Shown in pieces: positions 31,214 to 41,819 of a DNA stretch of 64,000 nt. The notes under the pieces were generated by a model, which saw only the letters and a list, made by a program, of their open reading frames with translations, had not been told where the DNA came from and did no database searches. The position numbers and the translations under genes were made by a program. Source of the stretch: Escherichia coli. GTDB taxonomy: Bacteria; Pseudomonadota; Gammaproteobacteria; Enterobacterales; Enterobacteriaceae. Positions within the stretch are counted from its first letter, which is position 1. Each line of letters starts with the position of its first letter. The stretch is from NCBI RefSeq assembly GCF_002854065.1, contig NZ_CP024147.1; one strand, written 5' to 3'.

Positions 31214-31792
31214 ATGTCAGCCATCGACTGTATAATTACCGCTGCCGGATTATCATCAAGAATGGGGCAATGGAAAATGATGTTACCCTGGCAACAGGGA
31301 ACAATTCTTGATACAAGTATCAAAAATGCGTTGCAGTTTTGTAGCCGAATTATTTTAGTCACCGGCTATCGTGGTAATGAACTGCACGAACGTTATGCGA
31401 ACCAGAGTAATATCACTATTATTCACAACCCAGATTATGCCCAGGGTTTACTAACATCAGTCAAGGCCGCAGTACCCGCAGTGCAAACAGAACATTGTTT
31501 TCTCACCCACGGTGACATGCCAACCCTCACCATTGATATTTTTAGAAAAATCTGGTCGTTACGAAATGATGGCGCAATACTGCCACTCCATAATGGCATC
31601 CCCGGCCATCCGATTTTAGTGTCAAAACCATGCTTGATGCAGGCATTCCAGCGACCCAATGTCACCAATATGCGTCAGGCACTCCTTATGGGAGATCATT
31701 ATTCCGTCGAAATAGAAAATGCAGAAATAATTTTAGATATTGATACTCCGGACGACTTTATTACAGCGAAGAAAAGGTATACTGAAATTTAG
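31214..31792 (+). CDS. mocA: Molybdenum cofactor cytidylyltransferase (MobA-like nucleotidyltransferase)
   Basis: 192-aa ORF with the N-terminal nucleotide-binding loop (ITAAGLSSRMG); K-12 synonym ygfJ. Confidence 0.88.
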   Translation: MSAIDCIITAAGLSSRMGQWKMMLPWQQGTILDTSIKNALQFCSRIILVTGYRGNELHERYANQSNITIIHNPDYAQGLLTSVKAAVPAVQTEHCFLTHGDMPTLTIDIFRKIWSLRNDGAILPLHNGIPGHPILVSKPCLMQAFQRPNVTNMRQALLMGDHYSVEIENAEIILDIDTPDDFITAKKRYTEI

Positions 31793-32016
31793 AAAACGTA
31801 GTTAAACGATTGCGTTCAAATATTTAACCCCTCCAGCACTCTTTATCATAATGATAAGGAATCACTGATTTTGAGAAAAGAGAAAAAGTGATAAATGGGC
31901 TGGCAATAATAATTTTCAGGAGTGATTTTAATTCTCATTTGGCACCTGTGAGTTCATTCACAAAAAGCCCTTAAGTTTCGAGCCGCCTCACATTTTTTTA
32001 TATTTCCCGCCAAACC

Positions 32017-32032
32017 TGGCAAGAGTGGTGCG
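32017..32032 (+). promoter_or_regulatory. Candidate sigma-54 promoter upstream of ygfK
   Basis: TGGCAAGAGTGGTGCG: GG and GC at canonical spacing, -12 region GTGC; about 85 bp upstream of ygfK. Confidence 0.35.
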
Positions 32033-32113
32033 ATTGTTGCTCTATCCCCCTAAACCACCGGATTTCTCAACACCGGTCACTCAATGATATCTGTATAAGC
32101 TAAGGAGAGGGTT

Positions 32114-35100
32114 ATGGGGGATATTATGCGTCCCATTCCGTTTGAGGAACTTTTGACGCGCATATTTGATGAATACCAACAACAACGCTCAATCTTTGGT
32201 ATTCCCGAGCAACAGTTTTACTCACCCGTAAAAGGTAAAACTGTTAGCGTCTTCGGTGAAACCTGTGCCACTCCCGTCGGCCCTGCCGCTGGCCCGCACA
32301 CGCAGCTCGCGCAAAATATTGTCACTTCCTGGCTGACTGGCGGACGCTTCATCGAACTAAAAACCGTCCAAATTCTTGACCGCCTGGAGCTGGAAAAGCC
32401 TTGTATCGATGCCGAAGACGAGTGCTTTAACACCGAATGGTCTACCGAATTTACCCTGCTTAAAGCCTGGGATGAATACCTCAAAGCCTGGTTTGCCCTG
32501 CACCTTCTCGAAGCGATCTTCCAGCCTTCTGATTCCGGTAAATCGTTCATCTTTAATATGAGCGTTGGTTACAACCTCGAAGGTATTAAGCAACCGCCGA
32601 TGCAACAGTTCATCGACAATATGATGGACGCATCTGACCATCCGAAATTCGCGCAATATCGCGATACGCTGAATAAATTACTCCAGGATGACGCATTTTT
32701 AGCCCGCCACGGATTGCAGGAAAAACGCGAAAGCTTGCAAGCCTTACCCGCTCGCATCCCCACCAGTATGGTGCAGGGCGTCACCCTCTCCACCATGCAC
32801 GGCTGTCCTCCGCATGAAATCGAAGCCATTTGCCGCTACATGCTGGAAGAAAAAGGGCTCAACACCTTTGTCAAACTTAACCCGACCTTACTCGGGTACG
32901 CGCGTGTTCGTGAGATCCTCGATGTCTGCGGTTTCGGTTACATAGGCTTAAAAGAAGAGTCATTTGATCACGACCTCAAGCTGACGCAAGCACTGGAAAT
33001 GCTGGAACGCCTGATGGCACTGGCAAAAGAAAAATCACTCGGCTTTGGCGTAAAACTGACTAACACTCTCGGCACCATCAACAATAAAGGCGCACTGCCC
33101 GGTGAAGAGATGTATATGTCAGGCCGTGCGCTGTTCCCGCTCTCCATCAATGTTGCAGCAGTTCTCTCTCGCGCCTTTGACGGCAAACTGCCCATTTCTT
33201 ATTCCGGTGGTGCCAGTCAGCTGACTATCCGCGATATTTTTGATACAGGTATTCGCCCTATTACTATGGCAACCGACCTGCTGAAACCTGGCGGCTATCT
33301 GCGCTTAAGTGCCTGCATGCGCGAGCTGGAAGGCTCCGACGCCTGGGGACTTGACCATGTTGACGTCGAACGACTGAACAGACTGGCAGCAGACGCGTTA
33401 ACCATGGAATACACCCAGAAACACTGGAAGCCAGAAGAGCGTATTGAAGTGGCAGAAGACCTGCCGCTGACCGACTGCTACGTTGCCCCCTGTGTTACTG
33501 CCTGCGCTATCAAGCAAGATATTCCGGAATACATCCGTCTGCTTGGCGAACACCGCTATGCCGACGCGCTGGAACTCATCTACCAACGCAACGCCCTACC
33601 TGCCATTACCGGTCATATTTGCGATCACCAGTGCCAATACAACTGTACCCGCCTGGATTACGACAGTGCGCTGAATATCCGCGAACTGAAAAAAGTCGCG
33701 CTGGAAAAAGGTTGGGATGAATATAAGCAACGTTGGCACAAACCAGCCGGTTCTGGTTCACGCCATCCGGTTGCCGTGATTGGTGCAGGTCCGGCGGGTC
33801 TGGCAGCAGGTTACTTTCTTGCCAGAGCGGGCCATCCGGTTACGCTGTTTGAACGCGAAGCCAATGCAGGCGGCGTGGTGAAAAATATCATCCCTCAGTT
33901 CCGTATTCCTGCAGAGTTAATTCAGCACGATATCGATTTTATTGCCGCTCACGGCGTGAAATTTGAGTATGGCTGCCCACCCGATTTAACCGTTGAACAG
34001 TTAAAAAATCAGGGCTTCCATTATGTTCTGATTGCCACAGGCACCGACAAAAATAGCGGTGTGAAACTGGCGGGCGACAACCAAAATGTCTGGAAATCAC
34101 TCCCCTTCCTGCGTGAATACAACAAGGGTACAGCGCTCAAGCTGGGCAAACATGTGGTCGTTGTCGGGGCGGGTAACACCGCAATGGACTGCGCTCGTGC
34201 GGCGTTACGCGTTCCAGGCGTAGAAAAAGCAACGATCGTTTACCGTCGTTCACTGCAAGAGATGCCCGCATGGCGCGAAGAGTATGAAGAAGCGTTGCAC
34301 GACGGCGTGGAGTTCCGTTTCCTGAACAATCCGGAACGTTTCGATGCTGATGGCACCTTAACCTTGCGCGTTATGTCGCTTGGCGAACCGGATGAGAAAG
34401 GTCGTCGTCGTCCGGTTGAAACCAACGAAACAGTAACACTGCTTGTAGACAGCCTGATCACCGCCATTGGTGAACAGCAGGATACTGAAGCCCTGAATGC
34501 GATGGGCGTGCCGCTGGACAAAAACGGCTGGCCAGACGTCGACCATAATGGCGAAACTCGTCTGACTGACGTCTTTATGATCGGCGACGTACAGCGCGGA
34601 CCATCCTCCATTGTCGCTGCTGTCGGAACCGCGCGTCGGGCGACCGATGCCATCCTTAGTCGGGAAAATATCCGTTCCCACCAGAACGATAAATACTGGA
34701 ACAACGTCAATCCGGCGGAAATCTATCAACGTAAAGGCGATATCTCTATCACGCTGGTGAACAGTGACGATCGTGACGCGTTTGTCGCCCAGGAAGCCGC
34801 TCGCTGCCTCGAATGTAACTACGTTTGCAGCAAGTGTGTGGATGTCTGCCCGAACCGCGCCAACGTCTCCATTGCGGTCCCAGGCTTCCAGAACCGTTTC
34901 CAGACGCTGCACCTCGACGCTTACTGTAACGAATGCGGCAACTGCGCTCAGTTCTGTCCGTGGAACGGTAAACCATACAAAGACAAAATCACCGTCTTCA
35001 GCCTGGCGCAAGACTTTGATAACAGCAGCAACCCAGGCTTCCTTGTGGAAGATTGCCGGGTACGAGTACGTCTGAATAACCAAAGCTGGGTGTTAAACAT

Positions 35101-35212
35101 CGACAGCAAAGGTCAGTTTAACAACGTACCACCGGAGCTGAACGATATGTGCCGCATCATCAGCCATGTCCACCAGCATCATCATTATATGCTGGGCCGC
35201 GTGGAGGTGTAA
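32114..35212 (+). CDS. ygfK: Large Fe-S/flavin oxidoreductase (putative selenate reductase-associated subunit)
   Basis: 1032-aa ORF with FAD/NAD(P) dinucleotide-binding motifs ([12 protein letters not shown]; VVVGAGNTAMD) and C-terminal ferredoxin-like Cys clusters. Confidence 0.9.
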   Translation: MGDIMRPIPFEELLTRIFDEYQQQRSIFGIPEQQFYSPVKGKTVSVFGETCATPVGPAAGPHTQLAQNIVTSWLTGGRFIELKTVQILDRLELEKPCIDAEDECFNTEWSTEFTLLKAWDEYLKAWFALHLLEAIFQPSDSGKSFIFNMSVGYNLEGIKQPPMQQFIDNMMDASDHPKFAQYRDTLNKLLQDDAFLARHGLQEKRESLQALPARIPTSMVQGVTLSTMHGCPPHEIEAICRYMLEEKGLNTFVKLNPTLLGYARVREILDVCGFGYIGLKEESFDHDLKLTQALEMLERLMALAKEKSLGFGVKLTNTLGTINNKGALPGEEMYMSGRALFPLSINVAAVLSRAFDGKLPISYSGGASQLTIRDIFDTGIRPITMATDLLKPGGYLRLSACMRELEGSDAWGLDHVDVERLNRLAADALTMEYTQKHWKPEERIEVAEDLPLTDCYVAPCVTACAIKQDIPEYIRLLGEHRYADALELIYQRNALPAITGHICDHQCQYNCTRLDYDSALNIRELKKVALEKGWDEYKQRWHKPAGSGSRHPVAVIGAGPAGLAAGYFLARAGHPVTLFEREANAGGVVKNIIPQFRIPAELIQHDIDFIAAHGVKFEYGCPPDLTVEQLKNQGFHYVLIATGTDKNSGVKLAGDNQNVWKSLPFLREYNKGTALKLGKHVVVVGAGNTAMDCARAALRVPGVEKATIVYRRSLQEMPAWREEYEEALHDGVEFRFLNNPERFDADGTLTLRVMSLGEPDEKGRRRPVETNETVTLLVDSLITAIGEQQDTEALNAMGVPLDKNGWPDVDHNGETRLTDVFMIGDVQRGPSSIVAAVGTARRATDAILSRENIRSHQNDKYWNNVNPAEIYQRKGDISITLVNSDDRDAFVAQEAARCLECNYVCSKCVDVCPNRANVSIAVPGFQNRFQTLHLDAYCNECGNCAQFCPWNGKPYKDKITVFSLAQDFDNSSNPGFLVEDCRVRVRLNNQSWVLNIDSKGQFNNVPPELNDMCRIISHVHQHHHYMLGRVEV

Positions 35213-35214
35213 TC

Positions 35215-36543
35215 ATGTTGATTCTGAAGAATGTCACCGCAGTGCAGTTACACCCGGCGAAAGTGCAGGAAGGCGTTGATATCGCTATCGAAAATGATGT
35301 GATTGTCGCTATCGGAGATGCCCTGACGCAACGCTATCCCGATGCCAGCTACAAAGAGATGCATGGTCGGATTGTGATGCCGGGAATTGTCTGCTCGCAC
35401 AACCATTTTTACTCGGGGCTTTCCCGCGGAATTATGGCAAACATCGCCCCTTGCCCGGATTTCATCTCAACGCTGAAAAATCTCTGGTGGCGGCTCGATC
35501 GCGCCCTTGATGAAGAGTCGCTCTATTACAGCGGACTGATTTGTTCCCTGGAAGCGATTAAGAGCGGATGTACATCGGTTATCGATCACCATGCCTCTCC
35601 GGCGTATATCGGCGGGTCGCTCTCCACATTGCGCGACGCATTTTTAAAAGTTGGCCTGCGCGCGATGACCTGTTTTGAAACTACTGACCGTAACAACGGC
35701 ATCAAAGAGTTGCAGGAAGGTGTAGAAGAAAACATCCGCTTCGCCCGTCAGATTGATGAGGCGAAGAAAGCAGCAACCGAGCCGTATCTGGTGGAAGCAC
35801 ATATCGGTGCTCACGCGCCGTTTACCGTGCCAGATGCCGGTCTGGAGATGCTGCGTGAAGCCGTGAAAGCCACAGGCCGTGGTTTGCATATTCACGCTGC
35901 GGAAGACCTTTACGACGTTTCCTACAGTCACCACTGGTACGGCAAAGACCTGCTGGCACGACTGGCGCAATTCGATCTCATCGACAGCAAAACGCTGGTC
36001 GCTCATGGGCTGTACTTGTCGAAAGATGACATCGCCCTACTCAATCAGCGCGATGCGTTCCTGGTGCATAACGCCCGTTCAAACATGAACAACCATGTCG
36101 GCTACAACCATCACCTTAGCGACATCCGCAATCTGGCATTGGGAACAGATGGCATTGGTTCGGACATGTTTGAAGAGATGAAATTTGCCTTCTTTAAACA
36201 TCGCGACGCGGGTGGTCCGCTGTGGCCTGACAGTTTTGCCAAAGCCCTGACTAACGGTAACGAACTGATGAGCCGCAACTTTGGCGCGAAATTTGGGCTT
36301 CTGGAAGCCGGTTACAAAGCTGATTTAACCATTTGCGATTACAACTGGCCGACGCCGCTGCTGGCAGACAATATCGCCGGGCATATCGCTTTCGGTATGG
36401 GCTCAGGCAGCGTTCACAGCGTGATGGTCAATGGTGTGATGGTCTATGAAGACCGTCAGTTTAACTTCGATTGCGATTCCATTTATGCACAAGCCAGAAA
36501 AGCCGCTGCCAGTATGTGGCGTCGGATGGATGCGCTGGCATAA
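35215..36543 (+). CDS. ssnA: Amidohydrolase-superfamily protein (chlorohydrolase/deaminase-like)
   Basis: 442-aa ORF from MLILKNVTAVQ with the metal-binding HNHF motif; ATG lies 2 nt after the ygfK stop. Confidence 0.9.
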   Translation: MLILKNVTAVQLHPAKVQEGVDIAIENDVIVAIGDALTQRYPDASYKEMHGRIVMPGIVCSHNHFYSGLSRGIMANIAPCPDFISTLKNLWWRLDRALDEESLYYSGLICSLEAIKSGCTSVIDHHASPAYIGGSLSTLRDAFLKVGLRAMTCFETTDRNNGIKELQEGVEENIRFARQIDEAKKAATEPYLVEAHIGAHAPFTVPDAGLEMLREAVKATGRGLHIHAAEDLYDVSYSHHWYGKDLLARLAQFDLIDSKTLVAHGLYLSKDDIALLNQRDAFLVHNARSNMNNHVGYNHHLSDIRNLALGTDGIGSDMFEEMKFAFFKHRDAGGPLWPDSFAKALTNGNELMSRNFGAKFGLLEAGYKADLTICDYNWPTPLLADNIAGHIAFGMGSGSVHSVMVNGVMVYEDRQFNFDCDSIYAQARKAAASMWRRMDALA

Positions 36544-36593
36544 ATGACAGATGCCCTCTTCCCGCAGGGAAGAGGGTTAAATAAGGAAAGAAG

Positions 36594-37373
36594 ATGATTG
36601 AACAATTTTTCAGGCCCGACTCTGTCGAACAGGCGCTGGAACTGAAGCGCCGCTACCAGGATGAAGCCGTCTGGTTCGCCGGGGGCAGCAAACTCAATGC
36701 TACACCAACCCGTACCGATAAAAAGATTGCCATCTCCTTACAGGATCTGGAACTGGACTGGGTTGACTGGGATAACGGTGCACTGCGGATTGGCGCAATG
36801 TCTCGCTTGCAGCCACTGCGTGATGCGCGATTTATTCCTGCAGCGCTGCGTGAAGCCCTCGGTTTTGTTTACTCACGCCATGTTCGTAATCAGTCGACCA
36901 TTGGTGGTGAAATCGCCGCCCGGCAGGAAGAGTCGGTGCTGCTTCCCGTCCTGCTGGCACTGGATGCTGAACTGGTTTTTGGCAACGGCGAAACGCTGTC
37001 AATCGAGGACTACCTGACCTGCCCATGCGATCGCCTGCTAACCGAAATTATCATTAAAGATCCGTATCGCACCTGTGCGACCCGCAAAATTAGCCGTTCT
37101 CAGGCAGGTTTAACCGTCGTGACGGCAGCCGTTGCAATAACAGACCACGACGGTATGCGAATTGCGCTGGATGGCGTCGCCAGTAAAGCACTGCGTCTGC
37201 ACGATATCGAAAAACAAAATCTGGAAGGCAATGCACTTGAACAGGCTGTCGCCAACGCCATTTTCCCGCAGGAAGATTTGCGGGGCAGCGTGGCCTATAA
37301 ACGCTATATCACGGGAGTTCTGGTAGCCGACCTGTATGCCGACTGCCAACAGGCTGGGGAGGAAGCCGTATGA
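36594..37373 (+). CDS. ygfM: FAD-binding subunit of a molybdo-enzyme (CO dehydrogenase flavoprotein-like)
   Basis: 259-aa ORF; FAD-binding domain (WFAGGSKL). Confidence 0.88.
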   Translation: MIEQFFRPDSVEQALELKRRYQDEAVWFAGGSKLNATPTRTDKKIAISLQDLELDWVDWDNGALRIGAMSRLQPLRDARFIPAALREALGFVYSRHVRNQSTIGGEIAARQEESVLLPVLLALDAELVFGNGETLSIEDYLTCPCDRLLTEIIIKDPYRTCATRKISRSQAGLTVVTAAVAITDHDGMRIALDGVASKALRLHDIEKQNLEGNALEQAVANAIFPQEDLRGSVAYKRYITGVLVADLYADCQQAGEEAV

Positions 37374-40240
37374 TCATCCACTTTACTTTAAATGGCGCGC
37401 CTCAGGAGCTAACCGTTAATCCAGGCGAAAACGTGCAAAAGCTATTGTTTAACATGGGAATGCACTCTGTACGCAACAGTGATGATGGCTTCGGGTTTGC
37501 CGGTTCTGACGCAATAATCTTTAACGGTAATATCGTTAACGCGTCCTTGCTTATTGCCGCACAGTTAGAGAAGGCAGATATTCGTACCGCAGAATCTCTG
37601 GGCAAATGGAACGAGTTAAGTCTGGTTCAACAGGCAATGGTTGATGTTGGCGTGGTGCAGTCTGGTTATAACGATCCAGCTGCAGCTCTGATTATCACCG
37701 ATCTTCTCGATCGCATCGCCGCACCTACCCGCGTAGAGATCGACGACGCGCTCTCAGGTCTGTTTAGCCGCGATGCTGGCTGGCAGCAATACTATCAGGT
37801 CATTGAACTGGCGGTTGCACGTAAAAATAATCCGCAGGCCACCATTGATATCGCTCCGACTTTCCGTGACGACCTTGAAGTCATTGGCAAGCATTATCCT
37901 AAAACTGATGCCGCAAAAATGGTGCAGGCGAAGCCCTGCTATGTTGAAGACCGCGTAACGGCTGACGCCTGCGTCATTAAAATGTTACGTAGCCCACACG
38001 CTCACGCACTGATTACTCATCTGGATGTCAGCAAAGCTGAAGCCTTACCGGGCGTCGTTCACGTTATTACTTATCTGAATTGCCCGGATATCTACTATAC
38101 CCCGGGGGGGCAGAGCGCGCCGGAACCGTCACCGCTTGACCGCCGTATGTTCGGCAAGAAAATGCGTCACGTCGGCGATCGTGTTGCTGCGGTGGTCGCA
38201 GAAAGTGAAGAAATTGCGCTCGAAGCACTGAAGCTTATCGACGTTGAATATGAAGTGCTTAAGCCGGTAATGTCGATCGACGAAGCAATGGCGGAAGATG
38301 CGCCTGTCGTGCACGATGAACCGGTGGTGTATGTTGCTGGTGCGCCAGATACTCTGGAAGACGATAACAGCCATGCAGCCCAGCGCGGCGAGCATATGAT
38401 CATTAACTTCCCGATCGGTTCTCGCCCCCGCAAAAATATCGCCGCCAGTATTCATGGTCATATTGGCGATATGGACAAAGGCTTTGCCGATGCCGATGTG
38501 ATCATTGAGCGAACCTATAACTCAACGCAGGCGCAGCAGTGCCCGACTGAAACACATATCTGCTTTACCCGCATGGATGGCGATCGTCTGGTTATCCACG
38601 CCTCCACCCAGGTACCATGGCACTTACGCCGCCAGGTCGCGCGCCTCGTGGGCATGAAACAGCATAAAGTTCATGTCATTAAAGAGCGAGTTGGCGGCGG
38701 TTTTGGTTCCAAACAGGACATCCTGCTGGAAGAAGTGTGCGCATGGGCAACCTGCGTGACCGGGCGTCCGGTACTGTTCCGCTACACCCGTGAAGAAGAG
38801 TTTATTGCTAACACCTCTCGTCACGTCGCGAAAGTCACCGTCAAACTGGGAGCGAAAAAAGATGGTCGCCTGACGGCAGTGAAGATGGATTTCCGCGCCA
38901 ACACTGGCCCTTACGGCAACCACTCACTCACCGTACCGTGTAACGGACCGGCGCTGTCGCTGCCCTTATATCCGTGCGATAACGTCGATTTCCAGGTCAC
39001 CACCTACTACAGCAACATTTGCCCAAATGGTGCTTATCAGGGTTATGGCGCACCGAAAGGTAACTTCGCTATCACCATGGCATTAGCGGAACTTGCTGAA
39101 CAGTTACAGATCGACCAACTGGAAATTATCGAACGTAACCGGGTACACGAAGGGCAAGAGCTGAAAATTCTCGGTGCAATCGGTGAAGGTAAAGCGCCAA
39201 CCTCAGTTCCTTCCGCCGCCAGCTGCGCACTGGAAGAGATCCTGCGTCAGGGTCGCGAGATGATCCAATGGTCGTCACCGAAACCGCAAAATGGTGACTG
39301 GCACATCGGTCGCGGCGTCGCCATTATCATGCAGAAATCGGGTATCCCGGATATCGATCAGGCTAACTGCATGATCAAACTGGAATCGGACGGCACCTTT
39401 ATCGTTCATTCTGGCGGTGCGGATATTGGTACTGGTCTGGATACTGTAGTGACGAAACTGGCAGCAGAAGTGCTGCACTGCCCACCGCAGGACGTGCATG
39501 TTATCTCCGGTGATACCGATCATGCGTTGTTTGATAAAGGCGCATATGCCTCGTCCGGTACTTGCTTCTCGGGTAACGCGGCGCGTTTGGCAGCGGAAAA
39601 TCTGCGGGAGAAAATTCTGTTCCACGGCGCGCAAATGTTGGGTGAGCCAGTGGCAGATGTTCAACTAGCAACGCCGGGCGTCGTGCGCGGCAAGAAAGGC
39701 GAAGTTAGTTTCGGGGATATTGCCCATAAAGGCGAAACCGGCACCGGCTTTGGTTCACTGGTGGGAACTGGCAGTTATATCACGCCTGATTTCGCTTTCC
39801 CGTATGGCGCAAACTTCGCTGAAGTTGCCGTCAACACGCGTACGGGTGAAATCCGCCTGGATAAATTCTACGCCTTGCTGGACTGCGGTACACCGGTCAA
39901 TCCAGAGTTAGCGTTGGGACAAATCTACGGGGCCACCCTGCGTGCTATCGGCCACAGTATGAGCGAAGAGATCATTTATGACGCCGAAGGTCACCCGTTA
40001 ACGCGTGATTTACGCAGTTACGGCGCACCGAAAATTGGTGACATTCCGCGTGATTTCCGCGCTGTGTTGGTGCCGAGCGACGATAAAGTCGGCCCGTTCG
40101 GGGCGAAATCGATCTCGGAAATTGGTGTAAATGGCGCAGCTCCGGCGATTGCTACCGCAATTCACGATGCCTGCGGCATCTGGTTACGCGAATGGCATTT
40201 CACACCGGAGAAAATACTCACCGCGCTGGAAAAAATATAA
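37370..40240 (+). CDS. xdhD: Fused 2Fe-2S/molybdopterin hydroxylase (xanthine dehydrogenase-family, putative selenium-dependent)
   Basis: 956-aa ORF with molybdopterin-binding large-subunit homology (GGGFGSKQD); ATGA overlap with ygfM. Confidence 0.9.
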   Translation: MIIHFTLNGAPQELTVNPGENVQKLLFNMGMHSVRNSDDGFGFAGSDAIIFNGNIVNASLLIAAQLEKADIRTAESLGKWNELSLVQQAMVDVGVVQSGYNDPAAALIITDLLDRIAAPTRVEIDDALSGLFSRDAGWQQYYQVIELAVARKNNPQATIDIAPTFRDDLEVIGKHYPKTDAAKMVQAKPCYVEDRVTADACVIKMLRSPHAHALITHLDVSKAEALPGVVHVITYLNCPDIYYTPGGQSAPEPSPLDRRMFGKKMRHVGDRVAAVVAESEEIALEALKLIDVEYEVLKPVMSIDEAMAEDAPVVHDEPVVYVAGAPDTLEDDNSHAAQRGEHMIINFPIGSRPRKNIAASIHGHIGDMDKGFADADVIIERTYNSTQAQQCPTETHICFTRMDGDRLVIHASTQVPWHLRRQVARLVGMKQHKVHVIKERVGGGFGSKQDILLEEVCAWATCVTGRPVLFRYTREEEFIANTSRHVAKVTVKLGAKKDGRLTAVKMDFRANTGPYGNHSLTVPCNGPALSLPLYPCDNVDFQVTTYYSNICPNGAYQGYGAPKGNFAITMALAELAEQLQIDQLEIIERNRVHEGQELKILGAIGEGKAPTSVPSAASCALEEILRQGREMIQWSSPKPQNGDWHIGRGVAIIMQKSGIPDIDQANCMIKLESDGTFIVHSGGADIGTGLDTVVTKLAAEVLHCPPQDVHVISGDTDHALFDKGAYASSGTCFSGNAARLAAENLREKILFHGAQMLGEPVADVQLATPGVVRGKKGEVSFGDIAHKGETGTGFGSLVGTGSYITPDFAFPYGANFAEVAVNTRTGEIRLDKFYALLDCGTPVNPELALGQIYGATLRAIGHSMSEEIIYDAEGHPLTRDLRSYGAPKIGDIPRDFRAVLVPSDDKVGPFGAKSISEIGVNGAAPAIATAIHDACGIWLREWHFTPEKILTALEKI

Positions 40241-40249
40241 GTAATAAAT

Positions 40250-40278
40250 GGCCGCTTCGGCGGCCTGTTTCTCTGTTT
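40250..40278 (+). terminator. Intrinsic terminator downstream of xdhD
   Basis: Stem GGCCGC/GCGGCC with TTCG loop, then TGTTTCTCTGTTT. Confidence 0.7.
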
Positions 40279-40404
40279 GAACGATGACTAAATAGTGACT
40301 GCGAAAATGAGATAAGCCGTTCTCAAGGCGTCCTGCGCCCCAAATTCGTGGGAATTTATTTTACTAATTCAGATGATCAAATTTACTTTAAAAGGAGTGA
40401 AGGG

Positions 40405-41805
40405 ATGTCTGATATAAACCATGCAGGTTCTGACCTTATATTTGAACTGGAGGATCGCCCTCCCTTTCATCAGGCTCTCGTTGGTGCCATTACCCATCTG
40501 TTGGCAATTTTCGTTCCGATGGTAACCCCCGCGTTAATCGTGGGTGCGGCCTTACAGCTTTCCGCTGAAACAACCGCCTATCTTGTTTCTATGGCGATGA
40601 TCGCCTCTGGTATTGGTACCTGGTTACAAGTAAACCGCTACGGCATCGTCGGTTCTGGCCTACTCTCAATTCAGTCAGTCAATTTTTCATTTGTTACGGT
40701 CATGATTGCGCTGGGCAGCAGCATGAAAAGCGACGGTTTTCACGAAGAGTTAATCATGTCGTCGCTTCTCGGCGTCTCCTTCGTTGGCGCATTTCTGGTT
40801 GTCGGATCTTCATTTATCTTGCCCTATTTACGTCGGGTTATTACGCCTACCGTCAGCGGTATTGTGGTACTGATGATCGGCTTAAGCCTGATTAAAGTCG
40901 GCATTATCGATTTTGGTGGAGGATTTGCAGCCAAAAGCAGCGGTACGTTCGGCAATTACGAACATCTCGGCGTTGGTTTATTGGTTTTAATTGTGGTGAT
41001 CGGCTTTAACTGCTGTCGCAGTCCGTTGCTACGCATGGGAGGGATCGCCATTGGGCTATGTGTCGGCTATATCGCATCGTTATGCCTGGGCATGGTGGAT
41101 TTCAGCAGTATGCGCAATTTGCCGTTAATCACCATCCCGCATCCGTTCAAATACGGCTTTAGTTTTAGCTTCCATCAGTTCCTGGTGGTTGGCACGATTT
41201 ATCTGCTTAGCGTGCTGGAAGCAGTCGGCGATATCACCGCCACGGCAATGGTTTCCCGCCGCCCCATTCAGGGGGAAGAGTATCAGTCCCGACTGAAAGG
41301 CGGCGTGCTGGCAGATGGTCTGGTTTCTGTTATCGCCTCCGCTGTTGGTTCATTACCATTAACCACGTTTGCGCAAAATAATGGGGTTATTCAGATGACT
41401 GGCGTCGCTTCACGTTATGTCGGGCGAACCATCGCGGTAATGCTGGTTATCCTCGGCTTATTTCCGATGATTGGCGGCTTCTTCACGACCATTCCCTCGG
41501 CAGTTCTGGGAGGCGCAATGACGTTGATGTTTTCCATGATTGCCATCGCTGGGATTCGCATCATCATCACCAACGGATTAAAGCGGCGTGAAACACTTAT
41601 TGTCGCCACTTCTTTAGGTTTAGGGCTTGGCGTCTCCTACGATCCCGAAATTTTTAAAATATTGCCAGCCTCTATTTATGTATTAGTTGAAAACCCTATT
41701 TGTGCTGGCGGGTTAACTGCGATTTTATTAAATATTATCCTCCCTGGTGGCTACCGACAGGAAAACGTTCTGCCTGGTATTACCTCAGCGGAAGAGATGG
41801 ATTAA
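40405..41805 (+). CDS. xanQ: Xanthine permease (NCS2/NAT family)
   Basis: 466-aa ORF from MSDINHAGSDLIFELEDRPPF with AAGGAG Shine-Dalgarno; the track ORF has a 19-codon upstream extension. Confidence 0.92.
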   Translation: MSDINHAGSDLIFELEDRPPFHQALVGAITHLLAIFVPMVTPALIVGAALQLSAETTAYLVSMAMIASGIGTWLQVNRYGIVGSGLLSIQSVNFSFVTVMIALGSSMKSDGFHEELIMSSLLGVSFVGAFLVVGSSFILPYLRRVITPTVSGIVVLMIGLSLIKVGIIDFGGGFAAKSSGTFGNYEHLGVGLLVLIVVIGFNCCRSPLLRMGGIAIGLCVGYIASLCLGMVDFSSMRNLPLITIPHPFKYGFSFSFHQFLVVGTIYLLSVLEAVGDITATAMVSRRPIQGEEYQSRLKGGVLADGLVSVIASAVGSLPLTTFAQNNGVIQMTGVASRYVGRTIAVMLVILGLFPMIGGFFTTIPSAVLGGAMTLMFSMIAIAGIRIIITNGLKRRETLIVATSLGLGLGVSYDPEIFKILPASIYVLVENPICAGGLTAILLNIILPGGYRQENVLPGITSAEEMD

Positions 41806-41819
41806 CAGTAAAGGAGTCA

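Noticed and set aside
41706-41721. Sigma-54-like TGGCGG-N6-CTGCG motif inside the xanQ coding region, about 100 bp upstream of guaD
   Set aside because: It lies within a coding sequence with a weak -12 element; TGGC-N8-GC matches are expected by chance many times in 64 kb.
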